This document shows, piece by piece, positions 12,937 through 27,309 of a DNA stretch of 64,000 nt. How positions within the stretch are numbered: position 1 is the first letter of the stretch; every line of letters begins with the position of its first letter. The DNA comes from the human T2T-CHM13v2.0 reference genome, Homo sapiens. Position numbers and translations under genes: made by a program. The DNA lies in NCBI RefSeq assembly GCF_009914755.1, contig NC_060936.1, one strand, 5' to 3'. Below the pieces are notes generated by a model. The model searched no databases. It was not told the DNA's origin and was given only the letters and a program-made list of their open reading frames with translations.

Positions 12937-13237
12937 AAGACAAGAAGAGCAGAGGGAGGAGGCAAGGGGGTTTGTTGGATTTATTCAAACCATAAAGATG
13001 AGTTATAATTTGGAATTGTAATTACCCAAGCAGCTATTGGGAAAAGAGTAGAGCATGACATGGGCGTTCCAGAGCTTGCAGAGCTTGACAAGCAAGGTGG
13101 CCCTGGGAACAGAAGAACCACTGAGGAAGGAGCAGCCCCCATGGGAAGGGAAGTGGATTTGCTGAGTGCCACTCTGCGTGTGTCAGGTATGTTCTCCTCT
13201 CTGCATCCTCACAACAGCCTTCAGCAGGGTAGGCCAT

Positions 13238-14025
13238 TGTCTTAGGTTGGTTTTGCCCCAGAAGCAGAATCTAAGCAAAGATGTAAGCTCTAGAATTATG
13301 TGGGAGGTGATGGTAGAGGAGTGGGGAAGTGAGTCAAGAAAACTAAGATAGCCAATAAAGGGGTGCTAGCAAGCCAGCTGTCTTACTCTGTTCTGGCCGC
13401 TATAACAAAGTACCATTGACTAGGTGGCTTATAAACAACAGAAACCTGTGTTACACAGTAATGGAGGCTGGAAGTCCAAGATCAGGGATCAGTCGGGTTC
13501 TAGCCAGGGCCCTCTTCTAGGTTTCAGCCTGCCAACTTCTTGTCCTGCCCTCACATGGTGGAAGAGCTAAAGAGCTCTCTGGGGTCCATTTTATGGGGAC
13601 ACTCATCTCATTCATGAGGGCTCCATCCTCATGACCTGATCATCTGCTAAAGGCTCCATCTCCTCACACCATCACATTGTGGGTTAGAATTTCAACCTGT
13701 GGAATTTGCAGGACACAGGCATATTTGAACACTGACCACCATGGGTGACTGAAGCTTATTCTCACGAGGGAAACTGGTAGCCAGTGTAGAACACATGTCT
13801 CAGAGTTATCCCACCTGTAGGGCAAGACAGCTGGGATATGTATACACCAGCTTCCATCAGTCTATGGTTGGGAGCTGCCCCTAGCAGGCACACAAAGTGG
13901 GCTCTGGTGGCACAAGAAGGCTGATAGGTAAAGAAATGCAGGTGCTGGCAGTAGGAGGTCAGCTGGCATGCACTGAAGTGGTAAGTCAAGGGCATGTGGG
14001 CGAGACACCCACAGCGTCTGCTACA
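13238..14025 (-). mobile_element. LTR16-family LTR interrupted by MLT1A
   Basis: Starts TGTCTTAGGTTGGTTTTGCCCCAGAAGCAGA and resumes after 13735 with CTCAGAGTTATCCCACC...CAGCTGGGATATGTATACACCAGCTTCCATCAGTC. Confidence 0.65.
13379..13735 (-). mobile_element. MLT1A-type MaLR LTR
   Basis: TGTCTTACTCTGTTCTGGCCGCTATAACAAAGTACCATTGACTAGGTGGCTTATAAACAACAGAAA...CATTCATGAGGGCTCCATCCTCATGACCT. Confidence 0.85.
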
Positions 14026-14193
14026 GCCTTTCTCTGTGAGCCCTTGAGGGAGGACTTTTGTCTTGTTCTTTACATTCATAGCAATCATCACATACTCAGA
14101 TGCTCCATCGAAATAGTGAAAGCAAACCTAGGAGCTACAAGCTAACTATAATTCAATGTCTGAGAACTATATCTGCATTAAGAATAAAGGCTG

Positions 14194-14623
<430 letters not shown>

Positions 14624-14999
14624 TCACCTTGTCCCTCATGCACTCATTGTCCTGGCTTTAATTTTGGAGCAGTTTATGCTTAGCTGAGGTTTCTTTTTTG
14701 AAACTGAACTGCATCAGTGCTACAAAAACAAACCAAAACCAGCCTTGCAGAACATTAATTAAACATACATGCCTCTGAGTTCTCCTCCAATTGTTGCTGC
14801 TCTGTGGGCACATGTGTTTATGGAAATAGAATCAGTGCGTACCCACCATTTCTCTTGCAGCTTACGCTGACACTGAGTACGCACATTCCCAGCCCTGACT
14901 TTAATCCACACACTGTAGGAGGAGCCCTTCAGAGGCATTCAGAGGGTTAGGGAAGCAGTGCACTGAGAACACCTTTTACTCAGCACTCTCTCCCACCTG

Positions 15000-15230
15000 T
15001 CACTCTCTGTGGCTTCAAGGTTTTTGTTGCTTTGACCATACTTAACATATTTTGAAATGATCTTTATTCATTCATCTACTTGTTGACAATCTTGCTTCTC
15101 TGCTCTGGGATGAAGGTACTGTAAGGACAGAGGACTTCTCTGCCTTGTTTGGCATCTGTCTCATGCAGTTGGTGCAGGGCCTGGCACACAGTAGGTGCTA
15201 GGTAACTATTTGTTGAATGAATGAATGAGT
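15000..15230 (+). mobile_element. L2 3' end
   Basis: CCTGGCACACAGTAGGTGCTAGGTAACTATTTGTTGAATGAATGAATG. Confidence 0.8.
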
Positions 15231-15434
15231 ACACATATACGATATAAGAGGGTCATTATTTTTTCCCTGAGCTGATACCCCTTGCTTAGCTAGTCTCCTA
15301 TGTAGAAGCATTTGGCATGTTTCCAACTTTCCCTTGCTTTAAATGGTGCTCTCTATACAGGATATTTTGTTCTTCCTTATTACTTCCTTGGGATGTAATT
15401 CCTGAAGTGGAATTACAGGACCAGAGGGCCTATC

Positions 15435-15638
15435 CCTGTTTTATCCAGTAGAACTTTCTGCACTGATGGTAATGTTCTGTATCTGTGCTGTCCAACACAG
15501 CAGCTATTAGCCACGTGTGGCTGTTAATACTTGAAATGGGGCAAGTGTGCCTGAGAAATTGAATTTTTAATTTTTTAAAATTTTGAATAATTTAAGTAGC
15601 CATGCCTGACTAGTGGGTGCCATATTGCACACTGCAGC
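15435..15638. mobile_element. MER3 hAT-Charlie element
   Basis: TCCAGTAGAACTTTCTGCACTGATGGTAATGTTCTGTATCTGTGCTGTCCAAC...AGCCACGTGTGGCT. Confidence 0.85.
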
Positions 15639-15779
15639 TATACACCATTTTAAACCCTTGCTCTGCATTTCCAGGGCACCCTCCTCAAAAATAGAACCCA
15701 CTGGCTGTGCCACCAGCACAGCCCACGTGTACCCAGTTCCCTACATCTGCCAACAAGGAGTTTTTATGATTCTTCCTAA

Positions 15780-16300
15780 GCCATGGCAGAAGGGTTGGGG
15801 ACATTGTCATGTTCCTGCATTCTGGAGGCACCTACTGAAGACTCTCCAAGGGGTCAGATGTGCTAGGAGGGAGAATTCAGGAATGACCCGCCATCCCGGT
15901 CGCATGCAGCTTATTGACCGGTCTCTGTGTTCCTTCTGGGAATCAGGTGACAGATGCCTAAGAGGCCTAATCAACCCATGCTGGGAGTGACAAGCTGGGC
16001 TTGGGGATATGCATGTGAGTGCAGTGAACTCTGGGGCTGTGTTTTCTATACCACTAATGTAGTCATGTGGTCAAAGGAGGATTTGGAGCCACTTCTGTGG
16101 GAGGCAGGCAGTCAGGGGTATGGCTGCCATTTTGGAATTTCTGGAATGTTCTAAGGATGTGAGGATTTCACATGGCAACATATGCAAGCCTGCGAGTGAC
16201 TCAGCATCCAGAATGGTTATCCTGCTTGCTATAACCTGCCAGATCCAACACATTCAGGACTTAAAGGAATGTGGCCCTTGTGGGCACAGTATCCAGAGGG
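15780..16300. promoter_or_regulatory. Candidate enhancer (TEAD plus AP-1/ARE)
   Basis: GGAATG at 15880, 16143 and 16266; GGAATT at 16134; GTGACTCAGCA at 16196-16206. Confidence 0.45.
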
Positions 16301-16736
16301 TGAGCGAGTTTCTCTGTGTATATTTTCCCAGCGCATGGTGGGACTTCTGCCAGCTCTGCTTATTAGCGCACAGCCGAGCACCTAGCATGTCATAGGTGCT
16401 TTATAAATCTTTGTGGAACACATACCCCCAAAGTATGTGCAACTATTATAGATCAGTAAGAAAAAAAATGTGGAGAAGTTCTATGGTGTTTGATATTTTG
16501 TGGGGGTCCTGGTCTCATTTGAGAGCCTGATGAAAGCTATGGACACTTTCTCCCCGCTTCTGCATCCCCCCCCGCCGCACCTGACCCAAAATGCTTGAGT
16601 GCCCAGTCATGCAGAATTTTACCTCTGATTTCAGGAGTAGAAGAGTCATCCTTGAACTCCTAGGGGCCCATGGGTTCTTCTTGAGAAAGCCTGGGCTGTG
16701 GATGGGTGTGTTCCATAGCTTAATGTCCTCTGATGA

Positions 16737-17514
<778 letters not shown>

Positions 17515-17879
17515 GTGGGTATTGGGGGGTGGGGGTGGTTTGCCTTTTCTTGACCTTGACTCACCTTCAAACAGCTCTTGATCAGAGCTGCTAAGTCTCA
17601 ACAAGAGAGACTGATTTGCATTTTGCCTGTTTTTCTCTGGCCTCAGTCGGTCTCTCCTGAGGATATTCTCTAATGGGGAGACCATCTGAAGGTGATCCAG
17701 AGACCCTGAGCGGGGCCCAGATCAGCTCTAAGATGATACAACCAGGCGCCGAGGCATCGAGTCACCCCTGTGTCTCTGATCCTGCCCTGGGTTACAGTCA
17801 CTGTGAACTCTCTATGTGATGTTCTTTTCTGGAAATGAGAAGGACTGAGTGGGGAGGGGGTTTCACACTGCACCCTTTT

Positions 17880-18810
17880 TTCATGCATTGACAGATAGTG
17901 GGAGAGATCACCTATAAGCCATTCTACTGAGAATGGATAGTTTGCAAGTCATGCGTTTTCAGGCCACAGAAACAAGTTTGCCTTTCAAAAATGGTCTTCC
18001 ATCCACTTGCAGAAGCTTGCGGGATGGATTCTTTTAGGTGGCATGTGGTGTTTAATTCTGGTGGAGCTGTGTGTGAATACAGCCCGTTGCCTGCTTTGCT
18101 GCTCTCTGAGCCTACCAGAAACCTGTGTGCTGCAGCCTCAGGAGGCGTTAGAATATTCTTTACATGTTCCATACCTTATCCTCAGGAAATGCAAGTATCT
18201 GTGCTTTCTGGAAACGCATCTTCCGGCAGATAAAAGACATCAGCCATCTGAAAACTTCTCCCTTTCTCTTCTTAACCAATAAATTGCTGTTGTTGCCCTC
18301 ACTCCCCCTCTCAGGTTCTTGGAGCCATTCAATTTAACGTCCCCAAAGTTTGCGCTGAAGATGCGATGCAAGGACGCGTTAGCACCAAATCCTTCTTAGC
18401 AATTATGCTGATGGAAAAAAAAATTCTAGTTTCAGAAGGCTACAGCTGCTTGTCTCTTGGGGGGAAGTTGCTCCAGGTGCAATAAATTTTAATGCCAAGC
18501 AATTACATGACCATTCAAAAAATTATTATTTAATATCTCTTTAGCTGAAGAAAACACTCCTGCTTGTGCCAATATTAGGCAATTAGCAAATGGTAATGTG
18601 TTCTGCAAACATAAGGCTTCACCCCTTTTATTTTATTATTCTGGTTGTTAACAGCCATGGAAGTGTGGCTACCATTTGTCTCTTGAAGAACAAACAGTTT
18701 GTCTGTTGCTTGAACGTAAAGACAGTCACCCACACACATGAAGTGCTAATAATCACGCGTCTTTAATGGTGCTGTAATTTGCAGATAACAGCACTTCAGT
18801 TGTCTGCTTT
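17880..18810. promoter_or_regulatory. Candidate conserved non-coding element or enhancer
   Basis: About 0.9 kb repeat-free; GCAATTA x3, GATA and ETS cores, retained CpGs (ACGCGT x2). Confidence 0.45.
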
Positions 18811-19294
18811 TTTTTTCTTCTTCTAGAATTTAACCTTAGCCAGACATGCCTGGCTTAACGATAAGGTTGGCCATTCGGTTTGACTGGACCTGGGTCTGAA
18901 CTTTAGCTGTGGGTGTGTTTGGAATAGGAAGGAAGCACTCAGACCAATCAGCTCCTCACTTCTTGACTCAGTCCTCTTGCTCCAGGGCAGGCATCTACAG
19001 GTCAGAAATCTCACCTCTACCTGGCTTGGTTGCTGCCTGGAATTCACAGGCCACCCATTCCCTTATAGTGAGCCTGTGTGGATGCCGAGCCCATCTGTGG
19101 GGTGGGGCTCCAGTGTATCTTGGGAACCACACAGGTAGGGCTGAGGCTCCACCTAATGACCCCACCTCTCCTTCCCCCTGCCCTTCTCAGCTTCCCTCTT
19201 TTCTCCCGGCCCAGCACAGAGACCTCCTCCCTGTCCCTCCTTTCACTCTGACCTCTATGGTTCATCTGCACACAGTAACCAGAACGGGCTTTTT

Positions 19295-19475
19295 CTTTTA
19301 GTGATTGACATATGAAAAGCTGTATGTATGTAACATATACATCTCAATGAGTTTGGGGATAAGGATGTACCTGTGAAATCATTACCACCATCAAGGCCAC
19401 AAACATACCCATCCCCTCTCAAAGTTTCCTCCCACTTCCTTCATTATTGTTTCTATTGGGTTTTGTTTTGTTTTG
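19295..19475 (-). mobile_element. L1MA/MB 3' end fragment
   Basis: TGATTGACATATGAAAAGCTGTATGTATG...TGAGTTTGGGGATAAG...CTGTGAAATCATTACCACCATCAAGG. Confidence 0.75.
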
Positions 19476-19819
19476 TTGCATCCTTAAAATTTGCTAAAAG
19501 AGTGAGCTTTTTAAATGTCAACCTGCTGGTATTAATTCCCTGCTGCTTTACTCATCAGTGGCTTCCCATTGTGCCTAGAATAAAATATAAATATCTACAT
19601 GTGACTTGTTTGATGGCTTGATATTTAGCTGGTATTCATTAGCAAGGCTATACTGGTTATTAGAAGTCTTGTCTGGTTCATTACCTGGGAACACCTCCCC
19701 CCGCCGCTCCTTACAATCCAGCAGGGAAGGGTTCACCCCTGACACATGTGGGCCTGAAGCCCACTTCATCACTGCGGTCAGCATCCACCCTGAGCCTGTG
19801 TGGGTCCGTGACATAGACT

Positions 19820-20330
19820 GCCTGGCTTGTAAGGCTTACAAGGTTCTGTGGGTTCTGTGTCATCTGCTTCCCTCTCCAGGTTCACACCTTGGTGTCCTCC
19901 ACACAGCCACAGGGACCTTCTTTCAGTTTCCCAGACACCCCAAGCTCACGCCGACTTCCCAGGGCATCTGCCCGTGCTTCTGCTTCTGCCTGGAAGGTTC
20001 TAACCTCCAAGCCCTTCTCAGGGCTGACCCTTCTCGTCCTTCCTGCTTCAGAAGGGCACCTGCCTCCTCAGAGAAGCCTTTCTTACCCTGCCTCTTTGCT
20101 AGGGCCCCTCCCTTATTCTCTCTCTCGGCTCTTTCTTTATTTCATTCATAGAAGTGAGCCCAGCCTTGATTAGTTGTTTGTTTGTTCACGCGTTTTGATG
20201 CACTGTTCCCCCTGAGAATGCATGCTTCCCCAGACCTGGAACCGAGCCTGTGATGGTCCCATTTCAACTCCCCAGCTGCCTAATACAGCACCAGGAACCT
20301 ACGTGTCACATGGTAATTATTCTGGGATGG
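19820..20330 (+). mobile_element. L2 3' portion
   Basis: CAGCCACAGGGACCTTCTTTCAGTTTCCC...CACCTGCCTCCTCAGAGAAGCCTTTCTTACCC. Confidence 0.7.
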
Positions 20331-20762
20331 AAGAAGGAAAGAAGGGAGGCAGGGAAATGGAAGGGAGGCAGGGAAATGAAAGAGAAGAAGAAAAAGTGAA
20401 AGTGAGTGGAAGGGGCGAGGCCCACCCATGTGACAATAAAGATAACAGCTGCATGAATGACTGCCTGGGCCAAGGGCATGAAATATATAATCTTTACATT
20501 CTCACAATAATCTTAGCAAGTTTGTAGCGTTTCTCCCATTTTATAGATGAGGAATATGAGGCTCCAGCTGGAAGTGACTTGCTCAGATCACACAGGTAGG
20601 CAGAGTTGAGGTTAGGGTTCAGTCCTCAACGTCAGCCGACTAGTTGAAATGCCCGAGCCTGGTGCTGGAGGAGGCAGACCCAGCCTCAGCTTCAGTGGGG
20701 TTGGTGGGCCTGTGATTCTCGAAATCTTAGAGTGCCTAAGAATTACCTGGGGGTCACGTGGC

Positions 20763-21587
<825 letters not shown>

Positions 21588-22434
21588 TCATCTGGTATCT
21601 GGGGTATGTGCTTAGAATGCAGAATTCTGATTTCATTCCCAGAGACGCGATTTTAGTAAGTCTGGCACGCAGCCCTGGAATCAATGTTTTTTAAACACCC
21701 TAGGTCTACACTGTGAGAAACACTTTCATTTTCTTATTCTTCAGGGCAGCGACGAGTCTCTGCATTTCCGGGGCCTAGCACAGGGTGCATGGCTGGCACT
21801 CAGTAAACGTTAGCTAAATGTATAGATGAGTGAGTGAGTGGATGAATGTTTTTACTTTGGATCTTTTTTTCAATTAAGCAAGAAGTTTTCAGAGTAATTC
21901 GGGTCCTATTAGAATTTTAATAGAGTATAGGCTCAAATAACTTTCCTCCTTTCAAGGATATAACCTAATTTGTGTCTGACAAGTAGAGAAGATTGTAGAT
22001 TTCGTTTCCTTTTTTGCCTGTTGGAAACCGAACATTTTTTCGTTTGTTTAATTGTGTACCACAAAATGTGGAAGATTGATGTCTCTGGATAACATTTATT
22101 TGGCAGAATATCTTGACATCGGATGGCTTTTCCTCACCAGGCTCCAAAATGTTAGGAAACAGAGATGTAAGTAAAGAGGCTTGTGGGGCTCTTTCCTTTC
22201 CTCCATTTTTCCTTTCTTTCCCTTCCAGTTAGTAATGGTTCCAGGATTAGTGGTAAGGGACTTCTGAAAAGCTTAAAGCATGAAAATCCTGTTAGATAAT
22301 TGTGCTTCCTGGAGGCCCAGGGGGACTCTTAAGTAAGGAGCTTCGAGGAGGAAAGGGGGTTGTGGGGAGACTTGGCCTGCTTGCCTCCTGGAATCTTCTT
22401 TCCCAGACTTGGTGTGCTCCATTCCCAGGGCAGC

Positions 22435-22785
22435 TGTCTTAGTCCACTCAGACTGCTGTAACAAAATAGCATAAACTGGGTGGCTTAGAAACAATGTTTA
22501 TTTCTCACAATTCTGAAGTCCAGGATCAAGGCACCAGCAGATTCAGTGTCTGGTGAAGGCCGGCTTCCTGGTCCATAGAGCGCACCTTCTTGCTGTGTCC
22601 CCTATGGTGCAAGGGGCAAGGGGTCTCTTTCAGTCCTATTTTATAACAGCACTAATCCCCTTCATGAGGGCTCCATCCTCATGACCTAATTACCTCCCAA
22701 AGGGCCCCATCTCCTAACACCATCATTTTGGAGTTAGGATTTCAACATAGGAATTTGGGGAGGACATGACATTTATAGCATAGCA
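22435..22785 (-). mobile_element. MLT1A-type solo LTR
   Basis: TG...CA termini with 5-bp TSD GCAGC (22430-22434, 22786-22790). Confidence 0.9.
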
Positions 22786-22898
22786 GCAGCCATGTTCTAT
22801 TAAAAATCTATAAGGGAGTGGGATGCATTTGCTCAGAAGGAATTGAAGAGAATGAAATGGCGCGGCCTTTTTTTTTTTAGCTTTTTTAAAAGCAAAGG

Positions 22899-22974
22899 GG
22901 CCAGGACCAGTTGCTCACGGCTGTAATCCCAGCACTTTGGGGCGGTCCCTAAGGGAGGCTGACAGCTGAGGCAG
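22899..22974 (+). mobile_element. Isolated Alu 5' fragment
   Basis: GGCCAGGACCAGTTGCTCACGGCTGTAATCCCAGCACTTTGGG, then scrambled GGGAGGCTGA...GCTGAGGCAG; no body or tail. Confidence 0.75.
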
Positions 22975-23019
22975 CACAGCCTGCTGCTGGATAGGTACCT
23001 CCTTTGTTTTGAAGGCGAC

Positions 23020-23300
23020 CTTGGTAGCACATGACTTTGTCCACCAGACCTGAAAGAGGGGAGGAGAGCAAGCCAGGTGGACTTGTGAAGGAAGAGTGTT
23101 CCAAGCAGAGAGAACAGCAAGTGCAAAGGCCCTGAGGTAGGCATGTGGCAGGAGTTTAAAGAACAGCAGGGACAGCAGTATGGCAGAGTAAATGTGGGGA
23201 GGGGAATAGGAGATGCAGTCAGAGAAGTGTTAAAGTCTGGATTGCAAAGAGTCTGTAGTGCCTTGGAAAGAACTTTGGCTTTTCTCTCTGAGCGTCGTGT
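23020..23300 (-). mobile_element. L2 fragment
   Basis: GGAAGAGTGTTCCAAGCAGAGAGAACAGCAAGTGCAAAGGCCCTGAGGTAGG. Confidence 0.75.
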
Positions 23301-25239
23301 TGGGAATAGATGCTCAGCATCTAAGGCCCACGTTCATAATCTAAGCTATAGTCTGTGCCAATAGGTCTGAGAGGAGGTGGTGGAGACCCCAACAGGGCAG
23401 AGAGCACAGCGTGGGGAGCCTGGTCGGGACACTGGATGGCTGCATCCAGTCTCCTGCCCTCGGAAAGGACTGACTCTTGATGTCACTGTGAAATGTGGGT
23501 GCTCCACCAGGTGTTGAGACAGACTCAAGACCAAAGGCCCTGTGAACCCTTGCCTTACAGACAGGGTCACCTAGATGAGGATGGGGAGCAGGTAGAAACC
23601 CAGAGATGAACACAGAGCCTCAGCTTCGAGTCTCCAGACCTGGAAAGGAACGGAACCTCCCCCACCTTGCAGTTCTGGCCACTAGAGAGTGGGTAGAATG
23701 GCCAGCCACAGCCTGATTGGCTCAGGAACCCTGGAATTTGAGATAAGAAGGCTGGCGGAAGGTCAGGGTCCTGCAGAGAGAAGCTGGGACAGCAGAGCAT
23801 GGCGATGAGGTGTGCTGCCAGTCCCCCACCCAGGGTTTCTCTTCACTCTTCACTTTCTACAGCATAGCCGAGGGGCTTAGCTTTCTAAACTGTACATTGG
23901 CATATAAGTTAGAACCCAGGCTACACAGAGAAGGGGCAATGAAACAAGCCACAGTCCATTGACCACCCACTGTATGGCAGGCCTGGCTAGGCCTGTTAAG
24001 GACACTGGCCTGTTTTAACCCTATGACCAGCACCTAACTGTGCTCAGTGGCCAGCCCAGTGGCTATTAGCATAGACTAGATGCTGAAAAAAGATCGTCAA
24101 ATTTATGAATAAATAAATAAACAAATGAAGAGAATGCTCTCCAAGGTAGATCTGTTATTAGTCCTGTTTTATGTATGAGAAAACTGAGATCAAGGGAAGT
24201 TGGTAACTTGCTGTAGAAACCACACATGAGCAGTCATAAGGGAGGTGGAGTCCCAAACCCAGGTCTGCTCGAGATGAAATTAACCATGTCTTCAAAATCC
24301 ATACTTATTGATGTGCCCCAAGATGTTTGGCAAATGAATAAACTTCAAAAATACGCACTCAACCTTTTGGATAAAAGGGAGATTTTATCGGCAGTGTGGA
24401 AATGGGATTTGTTTCTAACGGGGCAGTTAAGGTCAGGCCCCCCGTGAGGCCTAGGGAGGTGCTGAAGTGTGAATGAGAGGGAGCAAAGCCTCCTCAGAGG
24501 CTGGGAGGGTAGGGGGACCACAGAGTGCTCCAGAGAGAAGGAAGACTGACAGGCCTGTGATATGCGGCGGGGCCAGTCAGGAGAGGTCCACGTGGAGCTG
24601 GCTGAGGCAGGGCTGCAGACCTAGAAATCAGCATCGCTGACCGCTTTGCCTCTGATCGTGGCTCTCCCCCCAGCCTGGGGCCCCATCTTCCTTAAATTAG
24701 CTCCGCTGCTGCTGATAATTGCACAGCTGAAGCTCAGGTCTCTATGCAGATCTTTCAGTGGACAGGTATTGATTGTCATCATGTGTCAAGTCTAATCCTA
24801 CTAGCTCTGGCTGTCAACCCACAAGCACTTAGCAAAACCTCCATCCCAAGGCACTAAGCTAGGCCCTGAGAATTCAAGGATATAAATAAGACAGTTCCTT
24901 GGCCTCAAGCAGTTTACAGTCTAAATTCATTCACTGAATAGGCATTTATTGCACACCTACCATATGCCAGGCACACCACATGAGCCACTGAAGGTATGAA
25001 AATGAGTAATGCGGAAATAGCGCCCACAAGAAACTCATAAATTAGCATTTATTCACTGGTTTATTCACTTTTTAAACAGCTATTGAGCACTCCTGTGAGC
25101 CATGCTGAGGAGTGGTGCCCAGGGAGTGGGTGCCCAGAGACACCTCTAATGTATTAATACAAACAGCACTGACAGAAGAAGGAGAGCTCAGGGCATCTCA
25201 GAGAAGAGAACACTGAAAGTTTCAGCAAAGAGAGATGGA

Positions 25240-25754
25240 TGGTTTATAGGCTTTTTGTTGCTGCTGTAACAAATGATCACAAGTTTATTATTTTACAGTT
25301 CTGGAGGTCAGAAGCCCTAAAATCGAGGTGTCAGTAGAAAGTCAGCTGCACTTCTTCTGGAGGCTTACAGGAGAATCCACCTCCTTGTCTTTTTGAACGT
25401 ATAAAGGCCACTTAGATTCCTTGGCTTATGGCCTCTTCCTCCATCTTTAAGGCCAGTAGCAAACATCTCCAAATCTCCCTCTCCCCTCTCCCCTCTCCCC
25501 TCTCCCCTCTCCCCTCTCCCCTCTCCCCTCTCCCTGTCTTCCCATCTCCTCTGTCTCTGACCCTCTTGTCTCCCTTTTATAGAGACCCTTGTAATTACAT
25601 TGGCCCATCTAGATAATCCAGAATAATCTCCCCATCTCAACGTTCTCAACCTAATCACATCTGCAACCCCCTTTTGCCCTGTAAGGTCACACATTCACAG
25701 GCTCTGGGAATTCGAGTGTAGCATCTTTAGGGGGCCCTTATTCTGTCTACTACA
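25240..25754 (-). mobile_element. MLT1 (C/D-like) LTR
   Basis: TTGCTGCTGTAACAAATGATCACAAG...TTCTGGAGGTCAGAAGCCC...GGGGGCCCTTATTCTGTCTACTACA. Confidence 0.85.
25475..25535. repeat. (CTCCCCT)n heptamer tandem repeat
   Basis: 7 perfect units at 25481-25529 flanked by CTCCCT on each side. Confidence 0.95.
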
Positions 25755-26767
25755 GTGGGAAGGCACTGAGGCAGGGGAAACTGCTTCAGTGAAGGTATAG
25801 TAAACACGGCGCTGAGTGCATGGGAAAGAGCAGGAGCCTTCCAGATCTCCTAGATGATGTGGGCTTCTAGAGAGGAGTGGCTGGGAGTTAGTCTGGGTAG
25901 AACAAGGCCAGCAGCTTGTTCCAAAGCTACCATGTCAGGTACCAGTCATGCTGTCTTTACTCGAATGGCATGTTTATTTGTGGTGGCTTGTTGAAGGGGG
26001 TGATGGTTTAGAGACTGGGAGGGCCTAACTCCATGCTGATGGGGAGGGGGACCAGGCACATTTTTGGTCAGGTTTTATAAATTACAGAGATTGAAAATTC
26101 AGTGTGCCCTGCAGTGTTGGGAAGTCAAACAGCAACACACTTAAGGACCAGGGTCACTTTCTCCCCTGTGTCCCTCATGTAGAGCAAGGAAGCAAGCCCT
26201 ATGTGACCAAAAGGAGCTCGGAGCAGCTCTTGGATATGTCCTGGGGTCAGCAGAGCTTCAGCCCAGGGTCTAGCCGCATCTGCATCCATCCCCAGAGTGA
26301 CTAATGCCAGCAAAGTCCTTAATCCTGGAGAAAAGAATCATTACAGTGGATTATCTGGTAGACACAGGTTGACACAAAGAGGCGGGACTCAAATTCTGAA
26401 GACTGTACCCAGATCCCAGCTGTCTTGCTGGCATGCTGTGTGGCTCTGGGCAAGTCACTTAATGTCTCTGAGCTTCAGTTTTCTCATCTGGAAAGTGTGG
26501 ATAATAATTTCTGCTCTAGAGGGCTAGTAGAAAGATTGAATGATGCTTTCCAGATAAGAATGTTATAATTTTAAAAGGGTGGGATTTTAAAAAGGATATT
26601 CTCATTCTTTGAAAGGTTATCACCCACTCAGGATCTCATAGCCCCTCTCAATTAACCAGGACACTTTTCCAGAGCAGTCGGTTCCAGAACACTGTGGGGG
26701 ACCAGAGAGTGCAGTTCCAGGCATCTGCTCACTGACAAAATAAAACAGGCGGAGGCCATGAGGTTGA

Positions 26768-27309
<542 letters not shown>

